A stretch of DNA of 64,000 nt, from NCBI GenBank assembly GCA_964372245.1, contig CAYJQE010000001.1:11745-75744 (forward strand), given 5' to 3'. This document shows positions 27,778-36,635 of the stretch, one piece after another. Origin of the DNA: an uncultured Candidatus Saccharibacteria bacterium. Lineage in GTDB: Bacteria; Patescibacteriota; UBA1384; CAYJQE01. The first letter of the stretch is position 1; the number at the start of each line of letters is the position of its first letter. The notes beneath the pieces are model-generated. The model ran no database searches. It was not told the DNA's origin and saw only the letters and a program-made list of their open reading frames with translations. The position numbers and the translations under genes are program-made.

Positions 27778-28786
27778 TTTCCAGAATTATCGAGGCTCTG
27801 TCAACGAAATGGTTGAGTGAAAAGGTCGAGAGGTGGCCGGTTTCTCCATCACTGACGATCTCTCTCGGGCTAAACCGGTTGATGGCGACGGTTGGAAGTC
27901 CGGCGGTCAAAGCCTGAAGGAGACGAGTGCCTTCAAAGTCAAAGTTTGAGGGGGCGAGGAAGAGGTCGCAACCGGCAAAGGTTAGACCAAGCTGCTCGGC
28001 CGAGAGATTTTTTCGAAAGGTCGCAAATCCGGAAAGACCAAGCCTTCTTGCCGTCAGCTGAAAGTTCAGGTCCCCTCGGCCGTCGGTCACGACCAAGAGG
28101 TGATTTGCCTGGTCTTTTTGGGTCAGAGATTTGAAGGCCTCGAGCAAGAATATCGGGTTTTCGGTTGCCAAAATCGGCCCGGCGAAGAGGGAAATTTTTT
28201 GAATAATCGGGAGAGAGAGTCTTTTTCTAATCTCGATCTTTGAGGGCTGACTTTTTCTATTCTCTGATCCGAGACCGAAAGGAATGGCGAAAACCGGTGT
28301 CTTGATCTTCAAAAGCTCAATCTGTTGAGCCAATTGTCGGTTGGTGACGACCAGGCTATCGGCGCTTTCGAGCCAAGATCGGTAACGATTGATTAGCTCG
28401 CTGACCAGAAGGCTGTCGCTTGATGATTTCGATTTGAGCGGGCTTGAGTCGGTGATCGAGAGAACCAGCGGCAAACGAAATCTTTTGGCCAACCTAAGGC
28501 CGAAAAGGGAGGCAGCCGAAAAGTCAAAAGAGTGAACCAGCTCAATCTTCGAATCCTCGATCGCCCTTAAAAGTTCCGGCTGAAAAGCCTTGAGACGGGA
28601 ACGATTGACGATTGGCAATCGCCGCTTTAAGAGGATTTGATGGCTTTCGAATAAGGGCGATTCGTCGGCCGTGAAGACGATAATTTCATGACCCCGTCGC
28701 CCAAGCTCCTTTCTGCTCGCCAGTATCGGGCTTTCCAGGGGAAAGCCTGGCCTTAAGAGCCTGTTTTTGAAGATGGCAATTTTCAT
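27596..28786 (-). CDS. Glycosyltransferase family 4 (GT-B fold)
   Basis: GT4 C-terminal domain features (FLAPSNFDFEGTRLLQALTAGLPTVA, EX7E-like ENELLREKL). Inserted between priA and def. Confidence 0.7.
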   Translation of the reverse strand: MKIAIFKNRLLRPGFPLESPILASRKELGRRGHEIIVFTADESPLFESHQILLKRRLPIVNRSRLKAFQPELLRAIEDSKIELVHSFDFSAASLFGLRLAKRFRLPLVLSITDSSPLKSKSSSDSLLVSELINRYRSWLESADSLVVTNRQLAQQIELLKIKTPVFAIPFGLGSENRKSQPSKIEIRKRLSLPIIQKISLFAGPILATENPIFLLEAFKSLTQKDQANHLLVVTDGRGDLNFQLTARRLGLSGFATFRKNLSAEQLGLTFAGCDLFLAPSNFDFEGTRLLQALTAGLPTVAINRFSPREIVSDGETGHLSTFSLNHFVDRASIILENELLREKLSTGSKKAAERFSVEETTNYLERLYSATFRGEIETRHRPGQDFVYRHAFWQSQ

Positions 28787-28798
28787 CTCTCCATAATC

Positions 28799-30478
28799 TT
28801 ACCACTCGCGACCGATCTTTAGCCCGCTTCTCGAGAGTCTGGCGATGATTTTATCGAGTTCAATTTTTGATCTTTTCGGCAGACGGACGATAATTGAATC
28901 TCGGCCCTGGCCTATCGGTTCAAGGCCAAGACCGGAAATTTGCTTTTCTAGCCGAACTCTTTCCGTTTTGTTGGTTTTGAGTTCGATCAGTTTCGAAAAC
29001 GGTGGCAGAAGAAGCTCGGCCCGTTCTCTTAACAGTGAGTCAAAAAAAGGCCGCGATTTTCGGTTGAAAAGGGCTCTGGCCAAGAGGCTGTTCGGGGAAA
29101 ATGTCTGGATAATGGTTTTTCGGGAACGGCTGATTAGGCGGGCGATGTTGTAATAAATCTCCTCCTCATCTTCGAAAGAGCCGGCAGCCAAACCTTGTTC
29201 GAGGACGAGAACGATACTGTCCGGCTGACCGCCGGTTTTATGAATCATGCTGCTCGTCCCGATCAGGGCTAATTTTTCGTTACCAGTTGAATCGTCGTCG
29301 GGGAAAATTTCAATCGCTTGATTGGGCATCAATTCCAAAAGCCGGCTCTTAATCAATTGGTGATTCAGTCCGACCGCCTTAAGATTAAGTCCTTCACAGT
29401 TCGGGCAGCGGAGAATTCTGTCGCCCCGATTGAGAAAAGTCAGCTCTTGGCAGTCGAAACATTTCAAGCCCGAGGATCTCTTTCGGTTCCAGTAGATAAG
29501 AGTTTTTCTTTTTTGAACAAGGTTTGATTCCAGCAAATTGAGACTGGCGTCTGACAGCCAACTTCTCGATCGCTTGAGGTCGGCGAGCTCAATTTCTCGA
29601 TGTCCTCTCCTCGGCGTGAGCCCGATTATTTTCCCCTCCTTTTTGGCCAAAGCGGTCCTCGATTTTTCGGTCGCGTCAACCATCACCACCACTCCCCCTT
29701 CAAGCCTCGTCCTTTCAAGGGCGACTGCTTGAGTGTCGAGGTAGGGCCTCATCTCCGATCGGAAAAGTTGATGCTCGGCGTCGTCAATGATGGTCAAGCC
29801 AAGATTTGGAACCGGCGTCATGGCGGCCGACCGGGCGCCCAAAATCACCGGAAATCGGCCGAGCGCGATCTCAAACCAGTTTTCGAGTTGTTGACTGGCG
29901 GTTAGTCGGCTTGAGTAGACTAGGCTTTTGATTTTCGAGGCCTTGAGTCGTTTCTCAAGTTCTTTAATCACGCCCGACTCAAGCGAGAGCGAGAGAACGA
30001 TAACGCCCATTTTTCTGGCTCTCGCTCGCTTGATGAGTTGAAGATAAAGCTCTGGCCGGGCGGAGAAATCGGCCTCCTGAAAGTAGATTTTTGCTTGGCC
30101 GGGGGACTTAAGCTCTTGTTCTTTGAGAAGAAGCTTTGTCTCTCTCAACTTTCTCTTGGGCAGGGGCGGCAGGAGGCTAAAGACGATATCGCTGAATGAT
30201 TGGAAACCTTTCTTGTAGATCGAGTCGGCGATCGGGAAGATTATATTTGGCGAGATAACTCCGCTCGAAAGCAGGCTTTTGATGGCTTTTAGTTTTTTGC
30301 CTCTGGGCGAGAGGCGAGTTAGGCGATAGGCGATCCCAGTTCTTAATTCCCGGCCGAAGGGAACTTCGACAATCGAGCCAACTTTTAATTCGCTCAAGAG
30401 TTCAGGCGGAATCAGGTAGGTAAAGGTCTTGGTCTTTCTATCGGCCGGCTGGTTAACGACAACCTCTAGATACTGCAT
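28799..30478 (-). CDS. priA: Primosomal protein N' (PriA)-like protein with degenerate helicase ATPase motifs
   Basis: PriA 3'BD N-terminus (MQYLEVVVNQPADRKTKTFTYLIPPEL...VGSIVEVPFGRELRTGIA). It is co-linear with the PriA helicase core, but Walker A is replaced (QEADFSARPELYLQLI versus GVTGSGKTEVYL), DEEH is DDAEH, and there is a single Cx2C...Cx2C zinc knuckle. 559 aa. Confidence 0.7.
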   Translation of the reverse strand: MQYLEVVVNQPADRKTKTFTYLIPPELLSELKVGSIVEVPFGRELRTGIAYRLTRLSPRGKKLKAIKSLLSSGVISPNIIFPIADSIYKKGFQSFSDIVFSLLPPLPKRKLRETKLLLKEQELKSPGQAKIYFQEADFSARPELYLQLIKRARARKMGVIVLSLSLESGVIKELEKRLKASKIKSLVYSSRLTASQQLENWFEIALGRFPVILGARSAAMTPVPNLGLTIIDDAEHQLFRSEMRPYLDTQAVALERTRLEGGVVVMVDATEKSRTALAKKEGKIIGLTPRRGHREIELADLKRSRSWLSDASLNLLESNLVQKRKTLIYWNRKRSSGLKCFDCQELTFLNRGDRILRCPNCEGLNLKAVGLNHQLIKSRLLELMPNQAIEIFPDDDSTGNEKLALIGTSSMIHKTGGQPDSIVLVLEQGLAAGSFEDEEEIYYNIARLISRSRKTIIQTFSPNSLLARALFNRKSRPFFDSLLRERAELLLPPFSKLIELKTNKTERVRLEKQISGLGLEPIGQGRDSIIVRLPKRSKIELDKIIARLSRSGLKIGREW

Positions 30479-30568
30479 CAGTTAAAATCTAGCAGCTTAG
30501 GGGCCGAGACTTATGAGTTTTGAGTCAATTTTAAAGGCAAAACTTGGCCGCGACCTCGGTCGGCATTC

Positions 30569-31165
30569 TTAAAAGAGGCTTGAGATAATACTGATCGTGT
30601 AACGTGGCCGGGCAATTGGGCTGAAATCCTTGATGGGGAAAACAACCCGCCAGGCTCGGCCGACGACCTGTTTTTTTTCGATCGGGCCGAAAATTCGCGA
30701 GTCTTTCGAGGCTCCCCGATTGTCGCCGAGAACGAAAAACTGATTTTCGCCGAGGTTTATCTCTTTTTTCTCGAGCGGGCTGTCGCCGATCAAGGTCTTT
30801 GTCCCGTTTTGAAGGTAGCGTTCTTGGAGGACGAAGCCCCTCGATCGGTCACGATTTTTGATTATGATCTTATTGTCTTCTATCCTGACGGTTTCGCCCG
30901 GCAGTCCGATCACCCGTTTGATCAACTCGTCGTGGCTCTCGAGGCTCGGCTGGAAGACAACGATATCGCCTCGCTTGAACTCCTTGAAGAGTCGAGTCCA
31001 ACGTTCAACCAAAATGTATTGATTGTTGTGAAGTATCGGTTCCATCGAGGCGCCCTGAATGATGAAGGGTTGGACGATAAAGACTCGGATTAAATAAAAG
31101 AAAGCAACGACAAAGACAACGGTCTTCGTAAACTCCCAGATCCCCTGCAAAACCTTTGTTTTCAT
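30569..31165 (-). CDS. lepB: Signal peptidase I
   Basis: N-terminal TM helix, catalytic Ser box GASMEP, Lys box KRVIGLPGE and GDNRGASKDSR. Confidence 0.85.
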   Translation of the reverse strand: MKTKVLQGIWEFTKTVVFVVAFFYLIRVFIVQPFIIQGASMEPILHNNQYILVERWTRLFKEFKRGDIVVFQPSLESHDELIKRVIGLPGETVRIEDNKIIIKNRDRSRGFVLQERYLQNGTKTLIGDSPLEKKEINLGENQFFVLGDNRGASKDSRIFGPIEKKQVVGRAWRVVFPIKDFSPIARPRYTISIISSLF

Positions 31166-31304
31166 TTATTCACCGCTAGGGCTTTCTTTTCAACTCGCTC
31201 CGCTCGTATATGTAAAGAAAGCTCTGACCAAAAAAGTCTTCATAAACTCCCAGACGCTTTGTAAAATCCTTGATTTCACTTACTCATTCTAACGCTTTCT
31301 TTCC
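31122..31304. repeat. Imperfect tandem duplication (two ~70-bp units, period 114 bp) covering the lepB start codon region and its upstream sequence
   Basis: Unit 1 (31122-31191) and unit 2 (31236-31304) are ~80% identical (gtcttcRtaaactcccaga...gctttcttt). Unit 1 contains the lepB ATG; unit 2 carries a decayed copy (ATG AGT AAG TGA). Confidence 0.5.
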
Positions 31305-31468
31305 GGGCGAACCATCTTTGAGCACAGTCCTTCCGTGGCAAGTTGTTGACAATTCAAGCGCTTGTTTCTAGCTTCCAAACTGATGAGCCCATGGGGCTCG
31401 CCAAGCGGAAAGAGCGCTCTAGCTCTTGAGGTCGAGGCTTGGATAAATAAAATAAGTCAAGGAGAAAA

Positions 31469-31942
31469 ATGATTAACCGACTATTCGTCTTGGCCTCGGT
31501 TGCTTTTCTTGCTCTGTCGCCGATCGGAATCTCGAGAGCTTCAACGAGCGGCGGCTCCTCGGCTTCAGCCAGTCAATCTTCATCAGCCGCGGCGAGCTTT
31601 AGTTCGAAGCCCGGGCAGATGCCGGTCGCCGAAATCGCCGGCGCTTTAGCCGGGGCCTCCTCATCCGACTCGGTCGCGACAGCGATTGATGATGGCTTAG
31701 GGAGCAATTTCTTGGCCACCTCCGGCAGCGCCGCCACCTCCGGCAGCGCCTCCGCTTCGGCCTTTGGCCGAGAAGGCAATCAACCCGAGGTCAGACGCGA
31801 TGGCGCTGGCTCATCCGAATCAGTGGCCGACAGCGCGGCAGTCGTTGCTGTCGAAAGAAGCTTGAGCTCGGCCCTCACGAGTCGATCTTTTCTGCCAGCC
31901 GTTGTGGTTTTTTCACCTCGTTCATCTCGTTGGGCCAAGTGA
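31469..31942 (+). CDS. Putative secreted Ser/Ala-rich low-complexity protein
   Basis: Signal-peptide-like N-terminus (MINRLFVLASVAFLALSPIGISRA) preceded by GGAG. The rest is Ser/Ala/Gly low complexity, which could also be a GC-skewed artefact ORF. Confidence 0.3.
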   Translation: MINRLFVLASVAFLALSPIGISRASTSGGSSASASQSSSAAASFSSKPGQMPVAEIAGALAGASSSDSVATAIDDGLGSNFLATSGSAATSGSASASAFGREGNQPEVRRDGAGSSESVADSAAVVAVERSLSSALTSRSFLPAVVVFSPRSSRWAK

Positions 31943-32411
31943 TCGGCTTTGAAGGGCGAGTAAGAGAGATGGGTTGATCTCTTAAGTCAAAAACCGGAGC
32001 TAGAGCTTCGGACTCTTTTACGCAGCCCCGATCAACCGACTGGTCGAGATGGCTTTTAAGCTGTTAACACAACCAGCCCTCGTCCACTCGTTCTTTGAGC
32101 CGAGCGGCGGGAAGTCGCACCCCGCCTGGTCTTGTCGCTTTTAGTCCACGGGCAGTCTGACCGACGGTCCGATCTTGCTAAAAGTCCGACATTGCCGGCG
32201 GGGTTTTCCCTGTTTTCCCTTGGCAAAAGGCCCGGTTTTTAAGCTGGGCGGCCTAAAACTTGAAAAGGAAGGAGAATGATCAAGAAAGGAAGTTCGACTA
32301 GCTCCCATCGCTCATCCCCAAGGCGTTGCTTGGGAGGATTTTGTTGTTAAAAGCCAAGCTTTAGCTTCTGCCGGAGCCAAGCCAAAGCTCGCGCCGGGGC
32401 CAGGTTTTAGC

Positions 32412-34136
32412 TCACGCCAAAACCAAGCCCCTAAGTTCTTTCAGATGAGCCGTTTTTTGTCGATGAAGCTGGTCTTTGGTTGTCGCCGTCTTGAGAATAA
32501 ACTTGGCCTGATCTTTTGAAAAGTGATGCGGGACGATTACATAGTCGGCGCCAGCCTGGTAAAGGGTAATCGCGTCTTCAATATCAATCGCTGTGACATA
32601 AATCGGCGGCCTCGCCTTGAGGTTTTTTGCGTAGCGGATGATCGAAAGATTGTCCTCAAGTTCAGCGACCGTCGAGACCAGGATTTTTGCTCGCTCGATT
32701 GCTAGACGATCAAGAATTTCCTCGTCGGCCGCGTCGCCAAAGATCGCCTCCCGATGCTCGATTTTCAACTTTTCAACAATGGTCGGATCAACATCAACGA
32801 TCACGACATCGTCGGCCATCTTTTTTAACTCCGAAATCATCGCCGGTCCAATCCGATGGTAACCAATTAAAACGGCGTGGTTTTCGAGTTTCTCCTCATC
32901 TTGGACGGCGGCTGTCGGCGATTTTCGCTCGAAGAGGCCAATCATTGGCTTGAGGAGGCGATAGAGCGACTCGGATCGGCTGATGGTATAAGAGGAGACG
33001 AAGATCGTAATCAAAGCGACGCCAGTGATCATTGAGACGATGTTCTGGTCAATGTGGCCGAGTTTTTGGCCGAAAATGACTAAAATTAAGGAAAATTCAC
33101 CAATCTGGGAAATGGCAAGGGCGGCGTTGAAAAGGGTATGTTTGCGGTATTTCATCAGACCGAGCGAGACCATGACGACGACCGGGTTGAGAATGAGCAC
33201 CAAAAGCGAGAGTCCGATCATCGGCCAGACAAGCTCGCCCAAGGCCGCAAAATTGAGCGAGAGTCCGAGTTCGACAAAGAAGAGGCTTAAAAAGAAATCT
33301 CGAAGCGGTTTGAGCTTTCCCGATAGCTCGATGGTGTAGGGCAGAGAGGCGAGGCTGACGCCGGCCAAAAAGGCGCCTATTTCAACAGATAAGCCAAGCC
33401 AGCTTGTCAGACTGGCGAAGAGGAAAGAATAGGCGAGACCGGCTAGGAGTAAAAGTTCGGTTGACTTGGCGAAAAGTTTGAAAACCGTTGGCAGGATGAA
33501 TCGGCCGACCAAAAGGCCGGTTGCGCCAACCGCCAGAGTGGTCAAAACAGAGCGACCCAAAAGAGCGACGATCGCGCTCGCGTTTGCCGTTTGACCGAAG
33601 CTGCGAAGGACGATTAGGGCGAGAATGGCGGCTAGATCTTGAACCAGTAGAAAGCCAATTGCCAGCCGGCCATAGAGATTAGAAAGGCCGCTCCTTTCGC
33701 CAAGGATTTTGACGACAATCACGGTTGAAGAGAAGGTCAAGCCGGCGCCGATGTAGAGACTTGGCAATCGCTCGAACCCGAAGAGATAATGAGCCGTTAA
33801 AAAGCCGGCCGTCGCGGTGATCGCTATCTGGCCGATCCCCGTGATCAAGGCCGCCAAACCGATCTTTTTTAACTTTCTGGCGTCGAGTTCTAGGCCGACC
33901 AAGAAGAGAAGGATCGCGATGCCGAAGGAGGCCATGAGCTCAATCGGCTCTCGGTTCGATATTAAAGGCGAAAGATAGAGCGAGAGGACTATTCCGGTCG
34001 CGATATAACCGATCACGACCGGTTGGCGAAAGAGTCTGGCGATCATACCAAAGGCCGCTGCCAAACCAATCAAAAGGCCGAGTTGGAAAAAAACCGGCAT
34101 AGTTCTTTCAGCATATCCGCTCATCGTTGAACTCAA
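32412..34136 (-). CDS. Monovalent cation:proton antiporter-2 (CPA2/Kef-type) with a C-terminal RCK/TrkA-N domain
   Basis: ~12 TM helices followed by a Rossmann NAD-binding motif (VLIGYHRIGPAMISELKKMADDVVIVDVD). Confidence 0.8.
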   Translation of the reverse strand: MSSTMSGYAERTMPVFFQLGLLIGLAAAFGMIARLFRQPVVIGYIATGIVLSLYLSPLISNREPIELMASFGIAILLFLVGLELDARKLKKIGLAALITGIGQIAITATAGFLTAHYLFGFERLPSLYIGAGLTFSSTVIVVKILGERSGLSNLYGRLAIGFLLVQDLAAILALIVLRSFGQTANASAIVALLGRSVLTTLAVGATGLLVGRFILPTVFKLFAKSTELLLLAGLAYSFLFASLTSWLGLSVEIGAFLAGVSLASLPYTIELSGKLKPLRDFFLSLFFVELGLSLNFAALGELVWPMIGLSLLVLILNPVVVMVSLGLMKYRKHTLFNAALAISQIGEFSLILVIFGQKLGHIDQNIVSMITGVALITIFVSSYTISRSESLYRLLKPMIGLFERKSPTAAVQDEEKLENHAVLIGYHRIGPAMISELKKMADDVVIVDVDPTIVEKLKIEHREAIFGDAADEEILDRLAIERAKILVSTVAELEDNLSIIRYAKNLKARPPIYVTAIDIEDAITLYQAGADYVIVPHHFSKDQAKFILKTATTKDQLHRQKTAHLKELRGLVLA

Positions 34137-34323
34137 AAGTCAAAAAAAGCGAAAAGTCGGATTAAGAAAGGGCGAAGAATCAAGAGGTCAAGATTTTGCT
34201 CTTTAGCAGATGAACCGGCAACTACCCTCGAGTCCCTGGTTTTTAACCCCCATTTTTTTGCCGGCCCGTTGATTTTGGTAGTCTTAAATTAAGAGCCGGT
34301 TTGTGCTACCCTGAATTAAGGAG

Positions 34324-34692
34324 ATGACAATGTCGCCGATGACTCGCCATTTTGATCAACGGTTTTTGGGCTTGATGGAGAAAGCCTTGCTTGATGAACG
34401 AAACAGGCTCCAGAGCGAGGTAGGTCAAAAGGCGAAGTTCCAAAGACTCGGCGACTCGGAAGATGATAATGTTCTTCAAGTTGAGCAGATTGTCGAAAAC
34501 GTCGGTCTAACCAACCGGCTTAAAGATCTTCTTTTGCGAGTTGAACGGTCGCTCAAGCGGATTAGGTCCGGCGCCTATGGGATCTGCGTTGTTTGCCATG
34601 GGCCGATCGAGCGAAGTCGGCTTCAGATCTTGCCGACGGCCGAAAACTGCGCTTCTTGCAAACCGAAACAGGGAGAACGGGGGAGGAGATAG
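34324..34692 (+). CDS. DksA/TraR-family C4 zinc-finger protein (second paralog in the window)
   Basis: CVVCHGPIERSRLQILPTAENCASC (Cx2C-x17-Cx2C). AGGAG SD upstream. Confidence 0.6.
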   Translation: MTMSPMTRHFDQRFLGLMEKALLDERNRLQSEVGQKAKFQRLGDSEDDNVLQVEQIVENVGLTNRLKDLLLRVERSLKRIRSGAYGICVVCHGPIERSRLQILPTAENCASCKPKQGERGRR

Positions 34693-34717
34693 TCCTTTTA
34701 AACTCGGTTAGGCGGTA

Positions 34718-35152
34718 GTGGCTCGCGTCGGAGTTAAATCAGACCACGGTTTTTCCGGGGGTTGGTGGGTGGCGCTTGGCGTTTTTGGGATTGATCAACT
34801 GGCGAGGCTCGCAGTCGCCCGATTCTGGACCGACCGGCTGGTCTTAAACACCGGCGGAGTTTTTCACATCGGTCGCAATCTTTCGCCCTATTTTTGGGCC
34901 ATCGTCGGTCTAAGTTTGATTGGCCTTGTCTACCATTTTTTTTGGCCGAGGACCTCTTTTGGTTCGGGCTTGATAATCGGCGGCCTTTTGAGCCAGGCCG
35001 TCTCTCGCCTAGTCGAGGGTGGGGTAGCCGACTATCTCGGCTTGCCGCTCTTTGGCGTGGTTAGCTTGAGCGACTTGTCGATCGTCGCCGGCGTGGCAAT
35101 CGTGGTCTTCGATAGTTTTCGGAGGGGACGAAAGCCTGATTTCCCGACTTAA
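34718..35152 (+). CDS. lspA: Lipoprotein signal peptidase (signal peptidase II)
   Basis: Four TM segments, NTGGVF (compare NTGAAF) and an Asp-containing LSDLSIVAGVA box. 144 aa. Confidence 0.55.
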   Translation: MARVGVKSDHGFSGGWWVALGVFGIDQLARLAVARFWTDRLVLNTGGVFHIGRNLSPYFWAIVGLSLIGLVYHFFWPRTSFGSGLIIGGLLSQAVSRLVEGGVADYLGLPLFGVVSLSDLSIVAGVAIVVFDSFRRGRKPDFPT

Positions 35153-35418
35153 CTAAATTCAAAAACCGCCGTCATTTTGCCAGTCAAGCGGCGATTGTTG
35201 ACAACGGGAAAAGCCTTCTTTGGATGGAATCGCGATGTCTCAGGTGGGCCGCGACGACCGGAAGCAGTTGCTCTTAAGACAGGCCTTTTTAGAGACCGGC
35301 AGGCGCTTTTGGCTATGTGGGGTCTTAAAAGCCAGTGAGATTTTTCTCGGCCGCTTGCGATCTCTAAAAGCCTAGCTTGGCAAAACGAAAAAAAGCCAAG
35401 CCTTGAGACTTGACCGCC

Positions 35419-35769
35419 TCACTTTTTGGGCAGCTTTTTGACAATTTCAGAGAAGGCCTTTGGATCGTCCTTGGCCAATTCGGAGAGAACTTTTCGATCA
35501 AGCTCGATTTTCTCTTTCTTCAAATGATTGATAAATTGAGAATAATTCAGACCATATTCTCTGACGGCGGCGTTAATGCGAATAATCCAAAGCCGTCGAA
35601 AAGATCGTTTTTTAACCTTCAGATCGCGATAACGATGTTGACCGGCCTTGATTACGGCCTGTTTGGCCAGACGAAAAACTCTTCGCCTCCGGCCGCGATA
35701 ACCTTTGGCCAGACTGATGATTTTTTTGTGACGCTTTTTTTGGCCGACGCCTCGTTTTATTCGAACCAT
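35419..35769 (-). CDS. rplT: 50S ribosomal protein L20
   Basis: [17 protein letters not shown]...[22 protein letters not shown] is canonical L20. Confidence 0.9.
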   Translation of the reverse strand: MVRIKRGVGQKKRHKKIISLAKGYRGRRRRVFRLAKQAVIKAGQHRYRDLKVKKRSFRRLWIIRINAAVREYGLNYSQFINHLKKEKIELDRKVLSELAKDDPKAFSEIVKKLPKK

Positions 35770-35831
35770 ATCCCTGCCATTATTTTATTTTTGGCGATCC
35801 CGCTATTTCCGAAAACTCCCAGTTTCGCTCT

Positions 35832-36050
35832 CTAGCCGTAGGGCAGGAGCTGGCTTTTTCTGATTCGCTTCCGGTCGCCATGGGCGATGGCAAACTCGTT
35901 TTTGGCTCGCCGTCTGACCCGACTTGTCTTCTTCCTCGCCATCAGGTGTTGACCAGAATTGCCGGACCGGGCGAGAATTTTGCCGGTTCGGGTGACGCGC
36001 AGCCTTTTAGTCGCCGCTTTGTGAGTCTTGAGTTTCTTTTTTGTCATCAT
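35832..36050 (-). CDS. rpmI: 50S ribosomal protein L35
   Basis: KTHKAATKRLRVTRTGKI and HLMARKKTSRVRR. Lies between infC and rplT. Confidence 0.8.
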   Translation of the reverse strand: MMTKKKLKTHKAATKRLRVTRTGKILARSGNSGQHLMARKKTSRVRRRAKNEFAIAHGDRKRIRKSQLLPYG

Positions 36051-36594
36051 TCCCCGATATCTTTTGACCGTTTTTGGTGATTATCGCCGTCAATCGGTTG
36101 CCAAGATGACTGGGCGGCAGTCCAAATTTTGCTTCTTGGCCGGAACCGGAGACCAGAGCCAGGAAATCCTTCATCTTTTCGATCGCCAGATCTTTGAACA
36201 TCTGCTCCCGGCCTCTCATAATTAGGGTGAGTTTAACCTTGTGACCCTCATCGAGAAAGGCGCTTGCCCGCTTGGCCTTAAGCTGACAATCGTGCTCGTC
36301 AGTTTTAATTTTCAGCCTGATCTCTTTCAGCCCCTCGGCCCTTTTTCTCTGCTTCGATCTTTGGCGTTCCTGTTGGTATCGGTATTTGCCAAAGTCAAGA
36401 ACCTTTACAACTGGCGGCTGAGCCGTTGGATTGACCTCAACCAAATCAAGACCGGCCAGACTCGCCCTTCTTCTGGCTTCCTCGATTGAAACAACGCCGA
36501 GGGAGCGACCAGTTTCGTCAACCAAAAACACCTCTAAGAGGCGAATCGCTTGGTTGACTCTCGGTTCCGCCGGGTTACCAGCCACAGGCTTCAA
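36007..36594 (-). CDS. infC: Translation initiation factor IF-3
   Basis: IF3 N-domain (EVFLVDETGRSLGVVSIEEA) and C-domain (KEIRLKIKTDEHDCQLK...). The start may be a non-AUG codon. The 3' end overlaps rpmI by ~44 bp. Confidence 0.8.
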   Translation of the reverse strand: MKPVAGNPAEPRVNQAIRLLEVFLVDETGRSLGVVSIEEARRRASLAGLDLVEVNPTAQPPVVKVLDFGKYRYQQERQRSKQRKRAEGLKEIRLKIKTDEHDCQLKAKRASAFLDEGHKVKLTLIMRGREQMFKDLAIEKMKDFLALVSGSGQEAKFGLPPSHLGNRLTAIITKNGQKISGNDDKKETQDSQSGD

Positions 36595-36635
36595 TCATCT
36601 GACTCGCTCACTGTACTAAACGACGCCCGAATTTG

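Noticed and set aside
31943-32411. tmRNA candidate (GGGGCTG on the minus strand near 32030 and TTCGA-containing hairpins)
   Set aside because: - No acceptor/T-arm pairing with a CCA-proximal 3' end could be built.
- No tag-peptide reading frame ending in ALAA-stop was found.
- Left as an unexplained non-coding region.
35375-35401. GCTTGGC-N13-GCCAAGC hairpin downstream of rplT as an intrinsic terminator
   Set aside because: The 7-bp stem is real, but the T/A run sits in the loop rather than after the stem on either strand, so it does not fit a rho-independent terminator.
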